NCBI GenBank assembly: GCA_964016885.1
Contig: OZ024742.1
Span: 348,936,001 to 349,000,000, forward strand
Reading direction: 5' to 3'
DNA: 64,000 nt
Source: Eledone cirrhosa
Lineage: Eukaryota
Shown: positions 45,301 through 57,700 of the stretch, piece by piece
Layout of the letters: each line of letters starts with the position of its first letter
How positions within the stretch are numbered: the stretch's first letter is position 1
The notes under the pieces: generated by a model
Told to the model about the DNA's origin: nothing
Seen by the model: only the letters and a program-made list of their open reading frames with translations
The model's database searches: none
Position numbers and translations under genes: made by a program

Positions 45301-47553
45301 GAGATTATTGACAGTGTAAAGCTCTCTATGTCTCAATATGGCGACATTATTGAAAGTGTAAAGGTCACTATTTTTCAATATGGTGACATTATTGACACAG
45401 TGTAAAGCTCTCTCTGTCTCAATATGGTGACATTATTGACAATGTAAAGCTCTCTATGTCTCAATATGTCGACATTATTGATAACGTAAAGCTCTCTATG
45501 TCTCAATATGCCGACATTATTGACAATGTAAAGCTCTCTATGTCTCAATATGGCGACATTATTCACAATGTAAAGCTCTCTATGTCTCAATATGGCGCAA
45601 TTTTTGACACAGTGTAAAGCTCTCTATGTCTCAATATGGCGACATTATTGATACAGTGTAAAGCTCTCTATGTCTCAATATGGCGACATTATTGACAATG
45701 TAAAGCTCTCTGTGTCTCAATATGGCGACATTATTGACAGTGTAAAGCTCTCTATGTCTCAATATGGCGACAATATTGACACAGTGTAAAGCTCTCTATG
45801 TCTCAATATGGTGACACTATTGAGACAGTGTAAAGCTCTTTATGTCTCAATATGGTGACATTATTGACAATGTAAAGCTCTCTATGTCTCAATATGGTGA
45901 CATTATTGACAGTGTAAAGCTCTCTATGTCTCAATATGGTGACATTATTGACAGTGTAAAGCTCTCTATGTCTCAATATGGTGACATTATTGACAGTGTA
46001 AAGCTCTCTATGTCTCAATATTGTGACACTATTGAGGCAGTGTAAAGCTCTCTATGTCTCAATATGGTGACATTATTGACACAGTGTATTGCTCTCTATG
46101 TCTCAATATGGCGACATTATTGACAGTGTAAAGCTCTCTGTGTCTCAATATGGCGACATTATTGACAGTGTAAAGCTCTCTATGTCACAATATGGTGACA
46201 TTATTGACAGTGTAAAGCTCTCTATGTCTCAATATGGTGACATTATTGACAATGTAAACCTCTCTATGTCTCAATATGGTGACATTATTGACAGTGTAAA
46301 GCTCTCTATGTCTCAATATGGTGACATTATTGACAATGTAAACCTCTCTATGTCTCAATATGGTGACATTATTGACAGTGTAAACCTCTCTATGTCTCAA
46401 TATGGTGACATTATTGACAGTGTAAAGCTCTCTATGTCTCAATATGGCGACATTATTGATACAGTGTAAAGCTCTCTATGTCTCAATATGTTGACATTAT
46501 TGACAATGTAAAGCTCTCTATGTCTCAATATGGCGATATTATTGACAACGTAAAGCTCTCTATGTCTCAATATGGTGACATTATTGACAGTGTAAAGCTC
46601 TCTATGTCTCAATATAGTGACATTATTGACACATTGTAAAGCTCTCTATGTCTCAATATGGCGACATTATTGACACAGTGTAAAGCTCTCTATGTCTCAA
46701 TATGGTAACCTTATTGACACAGTGTAAAGCTCTCTATGTCTCAATATGGTGACATTATTGACAGTGTAAAGCTCTCTATGTCTCAATATGGCGACATTAT
46801 TGACAGTGTAAAGCTCTCTATGTCTCAATATGGCGACATTATTGACAGTGTAAAGCTCTCTATGTCTCAATATGGCGACATTATTGACAAGTGTGTAAAG
46901 CTCTCTATGTCTCAATATGGTGAAATTATTGACACAGTATAAAGCTCTCTATGTCTCAATATGGCGACATTATTGACAGTGTAAAGCTCTCTATGTCTCA
47001 ATATGGCGACATTATTGACAGTGTAAAGCTCTCTATGTCTCAATATGGCGACATTATTGACACAGTGTAAAGATCTCTATGTCTCAAAATGGTGACACTA
47101 TTGAGACAGTGTAAAGCTCTTTATGTCTCAATATGGTGACATTATTGACAATGTAAAGCTCTCTATGTCTCAATATGGTGACATTATTGACAATGTAAAC
47201 CTCTCTATGTCTCAATATGGTGACACTCTTGAGACAGTGTAAATCTCTTTATGTCTCAATATGGTGACATTATTGACAGTGTAAAGCTCTCTATGTCTCA
47301 ATATGGTGACATTATTGACAATGTAAACCTCTCTATGTCTCAATATGGTGACATTATTGACAGTGTAAAGCTCTCTATGTCTCAATATGGTCACATTATT
47401 GACAATGTAAACCTCTCTATGTCTCAATATGGTGACATTATTGACAGTGTAAACCTCTCTATGTCTCAATATGGTGACATTATTGACAGTGTAAACCTCT
47501 CTATGTCTCAATATGGCGACATTATTGACACAGTGTAAAACCAGTGATACTCG

Positions 47554-47635
47554 TTACGTCAGCCACTCTAGATCATGGGGTTCCTTACTTAGGTGAAATA
47601 TACTTCTCCTGATTTTGAGGAGGAAAATGGCCGCC
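47554..47635 (+). promoter_or_regulatory. Possible promoter-like motif pair: CRE/ATF-like TTACGTCA and YY1-like AAAATGGCCGCC (overlapping an ATG in good context)
   Basis: Motifs seen at 47554-47561 and 47624-47635. Function is inference only, and short motifs arise by chance. Confidence 0.25.
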
Positions 47636-47923
47636 CAGGGACCAACTAGATTCAATCAACAATTCAGTGTAAAAGAAAAGGACGCGGGAGATCAAGTCCT
47701 GCTTTTGGTTACCTTCCAGTGGATCAGCATTATTGGTGTCAGTGTGTGTTTGATGTGTATTGGTCAGTGTGTGTCACGGTTGGAGGCGGTGAATGTGTCG
47801 CAGCATGTGGCTCCACAGATTAAAGATATCTTCTCTAACTCCATTTGAAACTGGAAACCAAGGTAAACGTAGACACTTGGAATATTAAAACCTTTCGTGT
47901 AACAATCGATATACTCGGATAAT

Positions 47924-48246
47924 AAAACAACAAACTAAGATGACACTTCGTCGGTTACGACGATGAGTGTTCCAGTTTATACGACCAACAGAACAGTCTT
48001 CTCGTGAAACTAACGTGCAAGTGGCTGAGTATTCCACATACACACGTACCTTTAACGTAGTTCTCAGGGAGATTCAGTGTGACACAGAATGTGACAAGGC
48101 TGACCCTTCGAATTACAGGTACAACTCATTTTTACCAGCTGAGTGGACTGGAGCAACGTGAAATAAAATGTCTTGCTTAAGGATATAACAAACAACGGGA
48201 ATCGAACTCACGACCTTACGACTGTATGATGAATATCCTAACCACT
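47924..48246 (-). mobile_element. tRNA-derived SINE (cephalopod-type), slightly 5'-truncated, with 11-bp target-site duplication
   Basis: Minus strand shows a tRNA-like head (AGTGGTTAGG...GTGAGTTCGATTCCCG, B box), the core CCTTAAGCAAGACATTTTATTTCACGTTGCTCCAGTCCACTCAGCTG shared with 60558-60809, and a TTG-rich tail. Direct repeat ACTCGGATAAT at 47913-47923 and 48244-48254. Confidence 0.85.
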
Positions 48247-48249
48247 CGG

Positions 48250-48302
48250 ATAATTATCCCAGTGTATTACTGGTACTTTACTGGTGTATTACTGGTACTT
48301 AA
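48250..48302 (-). mobile_element. Short, internally duplicated 3' fragment of the second SINE family
   Basis: CCCAGTGTATTACTGGTACTT is the reverse complement of the AAGTACCAGTAATRCACTGGG segment in the SINEs at ~61731 and ~61938. GTGTATTACTGGTACTT occurs twice. Confidence 0.6.
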
Positions 48303-48771
<469 letters not shown>

Positions 48772-48785
<14 letters not shown>

Positions 48786-51700
48786 TTAAAATAACAAATG
48801 TGAGTCTAAATACAACAAAAGAAAAAGAAGGAATACTCAGCCATTGCTGCTCCATTGATTCAAGTCTGGACAGTGGGGGAGACAAACCACTGAGGTGAGG
48901 GACTCCAGGATCAAACCAGACTCTGGACAGTGGGGGAGACAAACCACTGAGGTGAGGGACTCCAGGATCAAACCAGACTCTGGACAGTGGGGGAGACAAA
49001 CCACTGAGGTGAAGGACTCCAGGATCAAACCAAACTCTGGACAGTGGGGGAGACAAACCACTGAGGCGAGGGACTCCAGGATCAAACCAAACTCTGGACA
49101 GTGGGGGAGACAAACCACTGAGGTGAAGGACTCCAGGATCAAACCAAACTCTGGACAGTGGGGGAGACAAACCACTGAGGTGAGGGACTCCAGGATCAAA
49201 CCAAACTCTGGACAGTGGGGGAGACAAACCACTGAGGTGAAGGACTCCAGGATCAAACCAAACTCTGGACAGTGGGGGAGACAAACCACTGAGGTGGGGG
49301 ACTCCAGGATCAAACCAAACTCTGGACAGTGGGGGAGACAAACCACTGAGGTGAAGGACTCCAGGATCAAACCAAACTCTGGACAGTGGGGGAGACAAAC
49401 CACTGAGGTGAGGGACTCCAGGATCAAACCAAACTCTGGACAGTGGGGGAGACAAACCACTGAGGTGGGGGACTCCAGGATCAAACCAAACTCTGGACAG
49501 TGGGGGAGACAAACCACTGAGGTGAAGGACTCCAGGATCAAACCAGACTCTGGACAGTGGGGGAGACAAACCACTGAGGTGAAGGACTCCAGGATCAAAC
49601 CAAACTCTGGACAGTGGGGGAGACAAACCACTGAGGTGGGGGACTCCAGGATCAAACCAAACTCTGGACAGTGGGGGAGACAAACCACTGAGGTGAAGGA
49701 CTCCAGGATCAAACCAAACTCTGGACAGTGGGGGAGACAAACCACTGAGGTGAGGGACTCCAGGATCAAACCAAACTCTGGACAGTGGGGGAGACAAACC
49801 ACTGAGGTGAGGGACTCCAGGATCAAACCAAACTCTGGACAGTGGGGGAGACAAACCACTGAGGTGAAGGACTCCAGGATCAAACCAAACTCTGGACAGT
49901 GGGGGAGACAAACCACTGAGGTGAGGGACTCCAGGATCAAACCAAACTCTGGACAGTGGGGGAGACAAACCACTGAGGTGAGGGACTCCAGGATCAAACC
50001 AAACTCTGGACAGTGGGGGAGACAAACCACTGAGGTGAGGGACTCCAGGATCAAACCAGACTCTGGACAGTGGGGGAGACAAACCACTGAGACGAGGGAC
50101 TCCAGGATCAAACCAGACTCTGGACAGTGGGGGAGACAAACCACTGAGGCGAGGGACTCCAGGATCAAACCAGACTCTGGACAGTGGGGGAGACAAACCA
50201 CTGAGGTGAGGGACTACAGGATCAAACCAGACTCTGGACAGTGGGGGAGACAAACCACTGAGACGAGGGACTCCAGGATCAAACCAGACTCTTGACAGTG
50301 GGGGAGACAAACCACTGAGACGAGGGACTCCAGGATCAAACCAGACTGTGGACAGTGGGGGAGACAAACCACTGAGACGAGGGACTCCAGGATCAAACCA
50401 GACTCTGGACAGTGGGGGAGACAAACCACTGAGGTGAGGGACTCCAGGATCAAACCAGACTCTGGACAGTGGGGGAGACAAACCACTGAGGTGAGGGACT
50501 ACAGGATCAAACCAGACTCTTGACAGTGGGGGAGACAAACCACTGAGACGAGGGACTCCAGGATCAAACCAGACTGTGGACAGTGGGAGAGACAAACCAC
50601 TGAGACGAGGGACTCCAGGATCAAACCAGACTGTGGACAGTGGGGGAGACAAACCACTGAGACGAGGGACTCCAGGATCAAACCAGACTCTGGACAGTGG
50701 GGGAGAGAAACCACTGAGACGAGGGACTCCAGGATCAAACCAGACTCTGGACAGTGGGGGAGACAAACCACTGAGGTGAGGGACTCCAGGATCAAACCAG
50801 ACTCTTGACAGTGGGGGAGACAAACCACTGAGACGAGGGACTCCAGGATCAAACCAGACTGTGGACAGTGGGGGAGACAAACCACTGAGACGAGGGACTC
50901 CAGGATCAAACCAGACTCTGGACAGTGGGGGAGACAAACCACTGAGACGAGGGACTCCAGGATCAAACCAGACTCTGGACAGTGGAGGAGACAAACCACT
51001 GAGGTGAGGGACTCCAGGATCAAACCAAACTCTGGACAGTGGGGGAGACAAACCACTGAGGCGAGGGACTCCAGGATCAAACCAGACTGTGGACAGTGGG
51101 GGAGACAAACCACTGAGGCGAGGGACTCCAGGATCAAACCAGACTCTGGACAGTGGGGGAGACAAACCACTGAGACGAGGGACTCCAGGATCAAACCAGA
51201 CTCTGGACAGTGGGGGAGACAAACCACTGAGGTGAGGGACTCCAGGATCAAACCAGACTCTGGACAGTGGGGGAGACAAACCACTGAGACGAGGGACTCC
51301 AGGATCAAACCAGACTCTGGACAGTGGGGGAGACAAACCACTGAGGTGAGGGACTCCAGGATCAAACCAGACTCTGGACAGTGGGGGAGACAAACCACTG
51401 AGGTGAGGGACTCCAGGATCAAACCAGACTCTGGACAGTGGGGGAGACAAACCACTGAGGTGAGGGACTCCAGGATCAAACCAGACTCTGGACAGTGGGG
51501 GAGACAAACCACTGAGTTGAGGGACTCCAGGATCAAACCAGACTCTGGACAGTGGGGGAGACAAACCACTGAGGTGAGGGACTCCAGGATCAAACCAGAC
51601 TCTGGACAGTGGGGGAGACAAACCACTGAGGTGAGGGACTCCAGGATCAAACCAAACTCTGGACAGTGGGGGAGACAAACCACTGAGGTGAGGGACTCCA

Positions 51701-54700
51701 GGATCAAACCAAACTCTGGACAGTGGGGGAGACAAACCACTGAGGTGAGGGACTCCAGGATCAAACCAGACTCTGGACAGTGGGGGAGACAAACCACTGA
51801 GGTGAAGGACTCCAGGATCAAACCAGACTCTGGACAGTGGGGGAGACAAACCACTGAGGTGAAGGACTCCAGGATCAAACCAAACTCTGGACAGTGGGGG
51901 AGACAAACCACTGAGGTGAGGGACTCCAGGATCAAACCAGACTGTGGACAGTGGGGGAGACAAACCACTGAGGTGAGGGACTCCAGGATCAAACCAGACT
52001 CTGGACAGTGGGGGAGACAAACCACTGAGGTGAGGGACTCCAGGATCAAACCAGACTCTGGACAGTGGGGGAGACAAACCACTGAGGTGAAGGACTCCAG
52101 GATCAAACCAGACTCTGGACAGTGGGGGAGACAAACCACTGAGGCGAGGGACTCCAGGATCAAACCAGACTCTGGACAGTGGGGGAGACAAACCACTGAG
52201 GTGAGGGACTCCAGGATCAAACCAGACTCTGGACAGTGGGGGAGACAAACCACTGAGGTGAGGGACTCCAGGATCAAACCAGACTCTGGACAGTGGGGGA
52301 GACAAACCACTGAGGTGAGGGACTCCAGGATCAAACCAGACTCTGGACAGTGGGGAAGACAAACCACTGAGTTGAGGGACTCCAGGATCAAACCAAACTC
52401 TGGACAGTGGGGGAGACAAACCACTGAGGTGAAGGACTCCAGGATCAAACCAGACTCTGGACAGTGGGGGAGACAAAACACTGAGGTGAAGGACTCCAGG
52501 ATCAAACCAGACTCTGGACAGTGGGGGAGACAAACCACTGAGGCGAGGGACTCCAGGATCAAACCAGACTCTGGACAGTGGGGGAGACAAACCACTGAGG
52601 TGAGGGACTCCAGGATCAAACCAGACTCTGGACAGTGGGGGAGACAAACCACTGAGGTGAGGGACTCCAGGATCAAACCAGACTCTGGACAGTGGGGGAG
52701 ACAAACCACTGAGGTGAGGGACTCCAGGATCAAACCAGACTCTGGACAGTGGGGGAGACAAACCACTGAGTTGAGGGACTCCAGGATCAAACCAAACTCT
52801 GGACAGTGGGGGAGACAAACCACTGAGGTGAAGGACTCCAGGATCAAACCAGACTCTGGACAGTGGGGGAGACAAACCACTGAGGTGAGGGACTCCAGGA
52901 TCAAACCAAACTCTGGACAGTGGGGCAGATAAACCACTGAGGTGAAGGACTCCACGATCAAACCAGACTCTGGACAGTGGGGGAGACAAACCACTGAGGT
53001 GAGGGACTCCAGGATCAAACCAGACTCTGGACAGTGGGGGAGACAAACCACTGAGGTGAGGGACTCCAGGATCAAACCAAACTCTGGACAGTGGGGGAGA
53101 CAAACCACTGAGGTGAGGGACTCCAGGATCAAACCAAACTCTGGACAGTGGGGGAGACAAACCACTGAGGTGAGGGACTCCAGGATCAAACCAGACTCTG
53201 GACAGTGGGGGAGACAAACCACTGAGGTGAAGGACTCCAGGATCAAACCAGACTCTGGACAGTGGGGGAGACAAACCACTGAGGTGAAGGACTCCAGGAT
53301 CAAACCAAACTCTGGACAGTGGGGGAGACAAACCACTGAGGTGAGGGACTCCAGGATCAAACCAGACTCTGGACAGTGGGGGAGACAAACCACTGAGGTG
53401 AGGGACTCCAGGATCAAACCAGACTCTGGACAGTGGGGGAGACAAACCACTGAGGTGAGGGACTCCAGGATCAAACCAGACTCTGGACAGTGGGGGAGAC
53501 AAACCACTGAGGTGAAGGACTCCAGGATCAAACCAGACTCTGGACAGTGGGGGAGACAAACCACTGAGGCGAGGGACTCCAGGATCAAACCAGACTCTGG
53601 ACAGTGGGGGAGACAAACCACTGAGGTGAGGGACTACAGGATCAAACCAGACTCTGGACAGTGGGGGAGACAAACCACTGAGGTGAGGGACTCCAGGATC
53701 AAACCAGACTCTGGACAGTGGGGGAGACAAACCACTGAGGTGAGGGACTCCAGGATCAAACCAGACTCTTGACAGTGGGGGAGACAAACCACTGAGACGA
53801 GGGACTCCAGGATCAAACCAGACTCTGGACAGTGGGGGAGACAAACCACTGAGACGAGGGACTCCAGGATCAAACCAGACTCTGGACAGTGGGGGAGACA
53901 AACCACTGAGACGAGGGACTCCAGGATCAAACCAGACTCTGGACAGTGGGGGAGACAAACCACTGAGGTGAGGGACTCCAGGATCAAACCAAACTCTGGA
54001 CAGTGGGGGAGACAAACCACTGAGGCGAGGGACTCCAGGATCAAACCAGACTGTGGACAGTGGGGGAGACAAACCACTGAGGCGAGGGACTCCAGGATCA
54101 AACCAGACTCTGGACAGTGGGGGAGACAAACCACTGAGACGAGGGACTCCAGGATCAAACCAGACTCTGGACAGTGGGGGAGACAAACCACTGAGGTGAG
54201 GGACTCCAGGATCAAACCAGACTCTGGACAGTGGGGGAGACAAACCACTGAGACGAGCGACTCCAGGATCAAACCAGACTCTGGACAGTGGGGGAGACAA
54301 ACCACTGAGGTGAGGGACTCCAGGATCAAACCAGACTCTGGACAGTGGGGGAGACAAACCACTGAGGTGAGGGACTCCAGGATCAAACCAGACTCTGGAC
54401 AGTGGGGGAGACAAACCACTGAGGTGAGGGACTCCAGGATCAAACCAGACTCTGGACAGTGGGGGAGACAAACCACTGAGGTGAGGGACTCCAGGATCAA
54501 ACCAGACTCTGGACAGTGGGGGAGACAAACCACTGAGGTGAGGGACTCCAGGATCAAACCAAACTCTGGACAGTGGGGGAGACAAACCACTGAGGTGAGG
54601 GACTCCAGGATCAAACCAAACTCTGGACAGTGGGGGAGACAAACCACTGAGGTGAGGGACTCCAGGATCAAACCAGACTCTGGACAGTGGGGGAGACAAA

Positions 54701-57700
54701 CCACTGAGGTGAAGGACTCCAGGATCAAACCAGACTCTGGACAGTGGGGGAGACAAACCACTGAGGTGAAGGACTCCAGGATCAAACCAAACTCTGGACA
54801 GTGGGGGAGACAAACCACTGAGGTGAGGGACTCCAGGATCAAACCAAACTCTGGACAGTGGGGGAGACAAACCACTGAGGTGAAGGACTCCAGGATCAAA
54901 CCAGACTCTGGACAGTGGGGGAGACAAACCACTGAGGTGAGGGACTCCAGGATCAAACCAGACTCTGGACAGTGGGGGAGACAAACCACTGAGGTGAAGG
55001 ACTCCAGGATCAAACCAGACTCTGGACAGTGGGGGAGACAAACCACTGAGGTGAAGGACTCCAGGATCAAACCAAACTCTGGACAGTGGGGGAGACAAAC
55101 CACTGAGGTGAGGGACTCCAGGATCAAACCAGACTGTGGACAGTGGGGGAGACAAACCACTGAGGTGAGGGACTCCAGGATCAAACCAGACTCTGGACAG
55201 TGGGGGAGACAAACCACTGAGGTGAGGGACTCCAGGATCAAACCAGACTCTGGACAGTGGGGGAGACAAACCACTGAGGTGAAGGACTCCAGGATCAAAC
55301 CAGACTCTGGACAGTGGGGGAGACAAACCACTGAGGCGAGGGACTCCAGGATCAAACCAGACTCTGGACAGTGGGGGAGACAAACCACTGAGGTGAGGGA
55401 CTCCAGGATCAAACCAGACTCTGGACAGTGGGGGAGACAAACCACTGAGGTGAGGGACTCCAGGATCAAACCAGACTCTGGACAGTGGGGGAGACAAACC
55501 ACTGAGGTGAGGGACTCCAGGATCAAACCAGACTCTGGACAGTGGGGGAGACAAACCACTGAGTTGAGGGACTCCAGGATCAAACCAAACTCTGGACAGT
55601 GGGGGAGACAAACCACTGAGGTGAAGGACTCCAGGATCAAACCAGACTCTGGACAGTGGGGGAGACAAACCACTGAGGTGAAGGACTCCAGGATCAAACC
55701 AGACTCTGGACAGTGGGGGAGACAAACCACTGAGGCGAGGGACTCCAGGATCAAACCAGACTCTGGACAGTGGGGGAGACAAACCACTGAGGTGAGGGAC
55801 TCCAGGATCAAACCAGACTCTGGACAGTGGGGGAGACAAACCACTGAGGTGAGGGACTCCAGGATCAAACCAGACTCTGGACAGTGGGGGAGACAAACCA
55901 CTGAGGTGAGGGACTCCAGGATCAAACCAGACTCTGGACAGTGGGGGAGACAAACCACTGAGTTGAGGGACTCCAGGATCAAACCAAACTCTGGACAGTG
56001 GGGGAGACAAACCACTGAGGTGAAGGACTCCAGGATCAAACCAGACTCTGGACAGTGGGGGAGACAAACCACTGAGGTGAGGGACTCCAGGATCAAACCA
56101 AACTCTGGACAGTGGGGCAGATAAACCACTGAGGTGAAGGACTCCACGATCAAACCAGACTCTGGACAGTGGGGGAGACAAACCACTGAGGTGAGGGACT
56201 CCAGGATCAAACCAGACTCTGGACAGTGGGGGAGACAAACCACTGAGGTGAGGGACTCCAGGATCAAACCAAACTCTGGACAGTGGGGGAGACAAACCAC
56301 TGAGACGAGGGACTCCAGGATCAAACCAGACTCTGGACAGTGGGGGAGACAAACCACTGAGACGAGGGACTCCAGGATCAAACCAGACTCTGGACAGTGG
56401 GGGAGACAAACCACTGAGGTGAGGGACTCCAGGATCAAACCAAACTCTGGACAGTGGGGGAGACAAACCACTGAGGCGAGGGACTCCAGGATCAAACCAG
56501 ACTGTGGACAGTGGGGGAGACAAACCACTGAGGTGAGGGACTCCAGGATCAAACCAGACTCTGGACAGTGGGGGAGACAAACCACTGAGGTGAGGGACTC
56601 CAGGATCAAACCAGACTCTGGACAGTGGGGGAGACAAACCACTGAGGTGAAGGACTCCAGGATCAAACCAGACTCTGGACAGTGGGGGAGACAAACCACT
56701 GAGGCGAGGGACTCCAGGATCAAACCAGACTCTGGACAGTGGGGGAGACAAACCACTGAGGTGAGGGACTCCAGGATCAAACCAGACTCTGGACAGTGGG
56801 GGAGACAAACCACTGAGGTGAGGGACTCCAGGATCAAACCAGACTCTGGACAGTGGGGGAGACAAACCACTGAGGTGAGGGACTCCAGGATCAAACCAGA
56901 CTCTGGACAGTGGGGGAGACAAACCACTGAGTTGAGGGACTCCAGGATCAAACCAAACTCTGGACAGTGGGGGAGACAAACCACTGAGGTGAAGGACTCC
57001 AGGATCAAACCAGACTCTGGACAGTGGGGGAGACAAACCACTGAGGTGAAGGACTCCAGGATCAAACCAGACTCTGGACAGTGGGGGAGACAAACCACTG
57101 AGGCGAGGGACTCCAGGATCAAACCAGACTCTGGACAGTGGGGGAGACAAACCACTGAGGTGAGGGACTCCAGGATCAAACCAGACTCTGGACAGTGGGG
57201 GAGACAAACCACTGAGGTGAGGGACTCCAGGATCAAACCAGACTCTGGACAGTGGGGGAGACAAACCACTGAGGTGAGGGACTCCAGGATCAAACCAGAC
57301 TCTGGACAGTGGGGGAGACAAACCACTGAGTTGAGGGACTCCAGGATCAAACCAAACTCTGGACAGTGGGGGAGACAAACCACTGAGGTGAAGGACTCCA
57401 GGATCAAACCAGACACTGGACAGTGGGGGAGACAAACCACTGAGGTGAGGGACTCCAGGATCAAACCAAACTCTGGACAGTGGGGCAGATAAACCACTGA
57501 GGTGAAGGACTCCACGATCAAACCAGACTCTGGACAGTGGGGGAGACAAACCACTGAGGTGAGGGACTCCAGGATCAAACCAGACTCTGGACAGTGGGGG
57601 AGACAAACCACTGAGGTGAGGGACTCCAGGATCAAACCAAACTCTGGACAGTGGGGGAGACAAACCACTGAGGTGAGGGACTCCAGGATCAAACCAAACT

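Larger units (their letters stand above)
1..47539. repeat. Tandem satellite array, 42/44-bp monomer (TCAATATGGYGACATTATTGAC[AC]ARTGTAAAGCTCTCTATGTC), roughly 1,100 copies, continuing beyond the window start
   Basis: Seen directly: uninterrupted head-to-tail repeats, all in one orientation. The 42-bp and 44-bp (+2 nt) monomers alternate irregularly, with rarer 40/41/43-bp variants. The array ends abruptly at ...ACACAGTGTAAA|ACCAGTGATAC near 47539. Copy number is estimated as length divided by mean unit. Confidence 0.98.

Noticed and set aside
5270-47538. Dozens of 67-126 aa ORFs (MSQYGDIIDNVKLS / LRHRELYIVNNVAI repeats)
   Set aside because: Artefacts of runs of 42-bp monomers. Every 44-bp monomer shifts the frame, and they occur equally on both strands.
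1-47539. CRISPR-like array (palindromic repeats of about 40 bp)
   Set aside because: Monomers abut directly with no unique spacers, there are no cas genes, and the context is eukaryotic.
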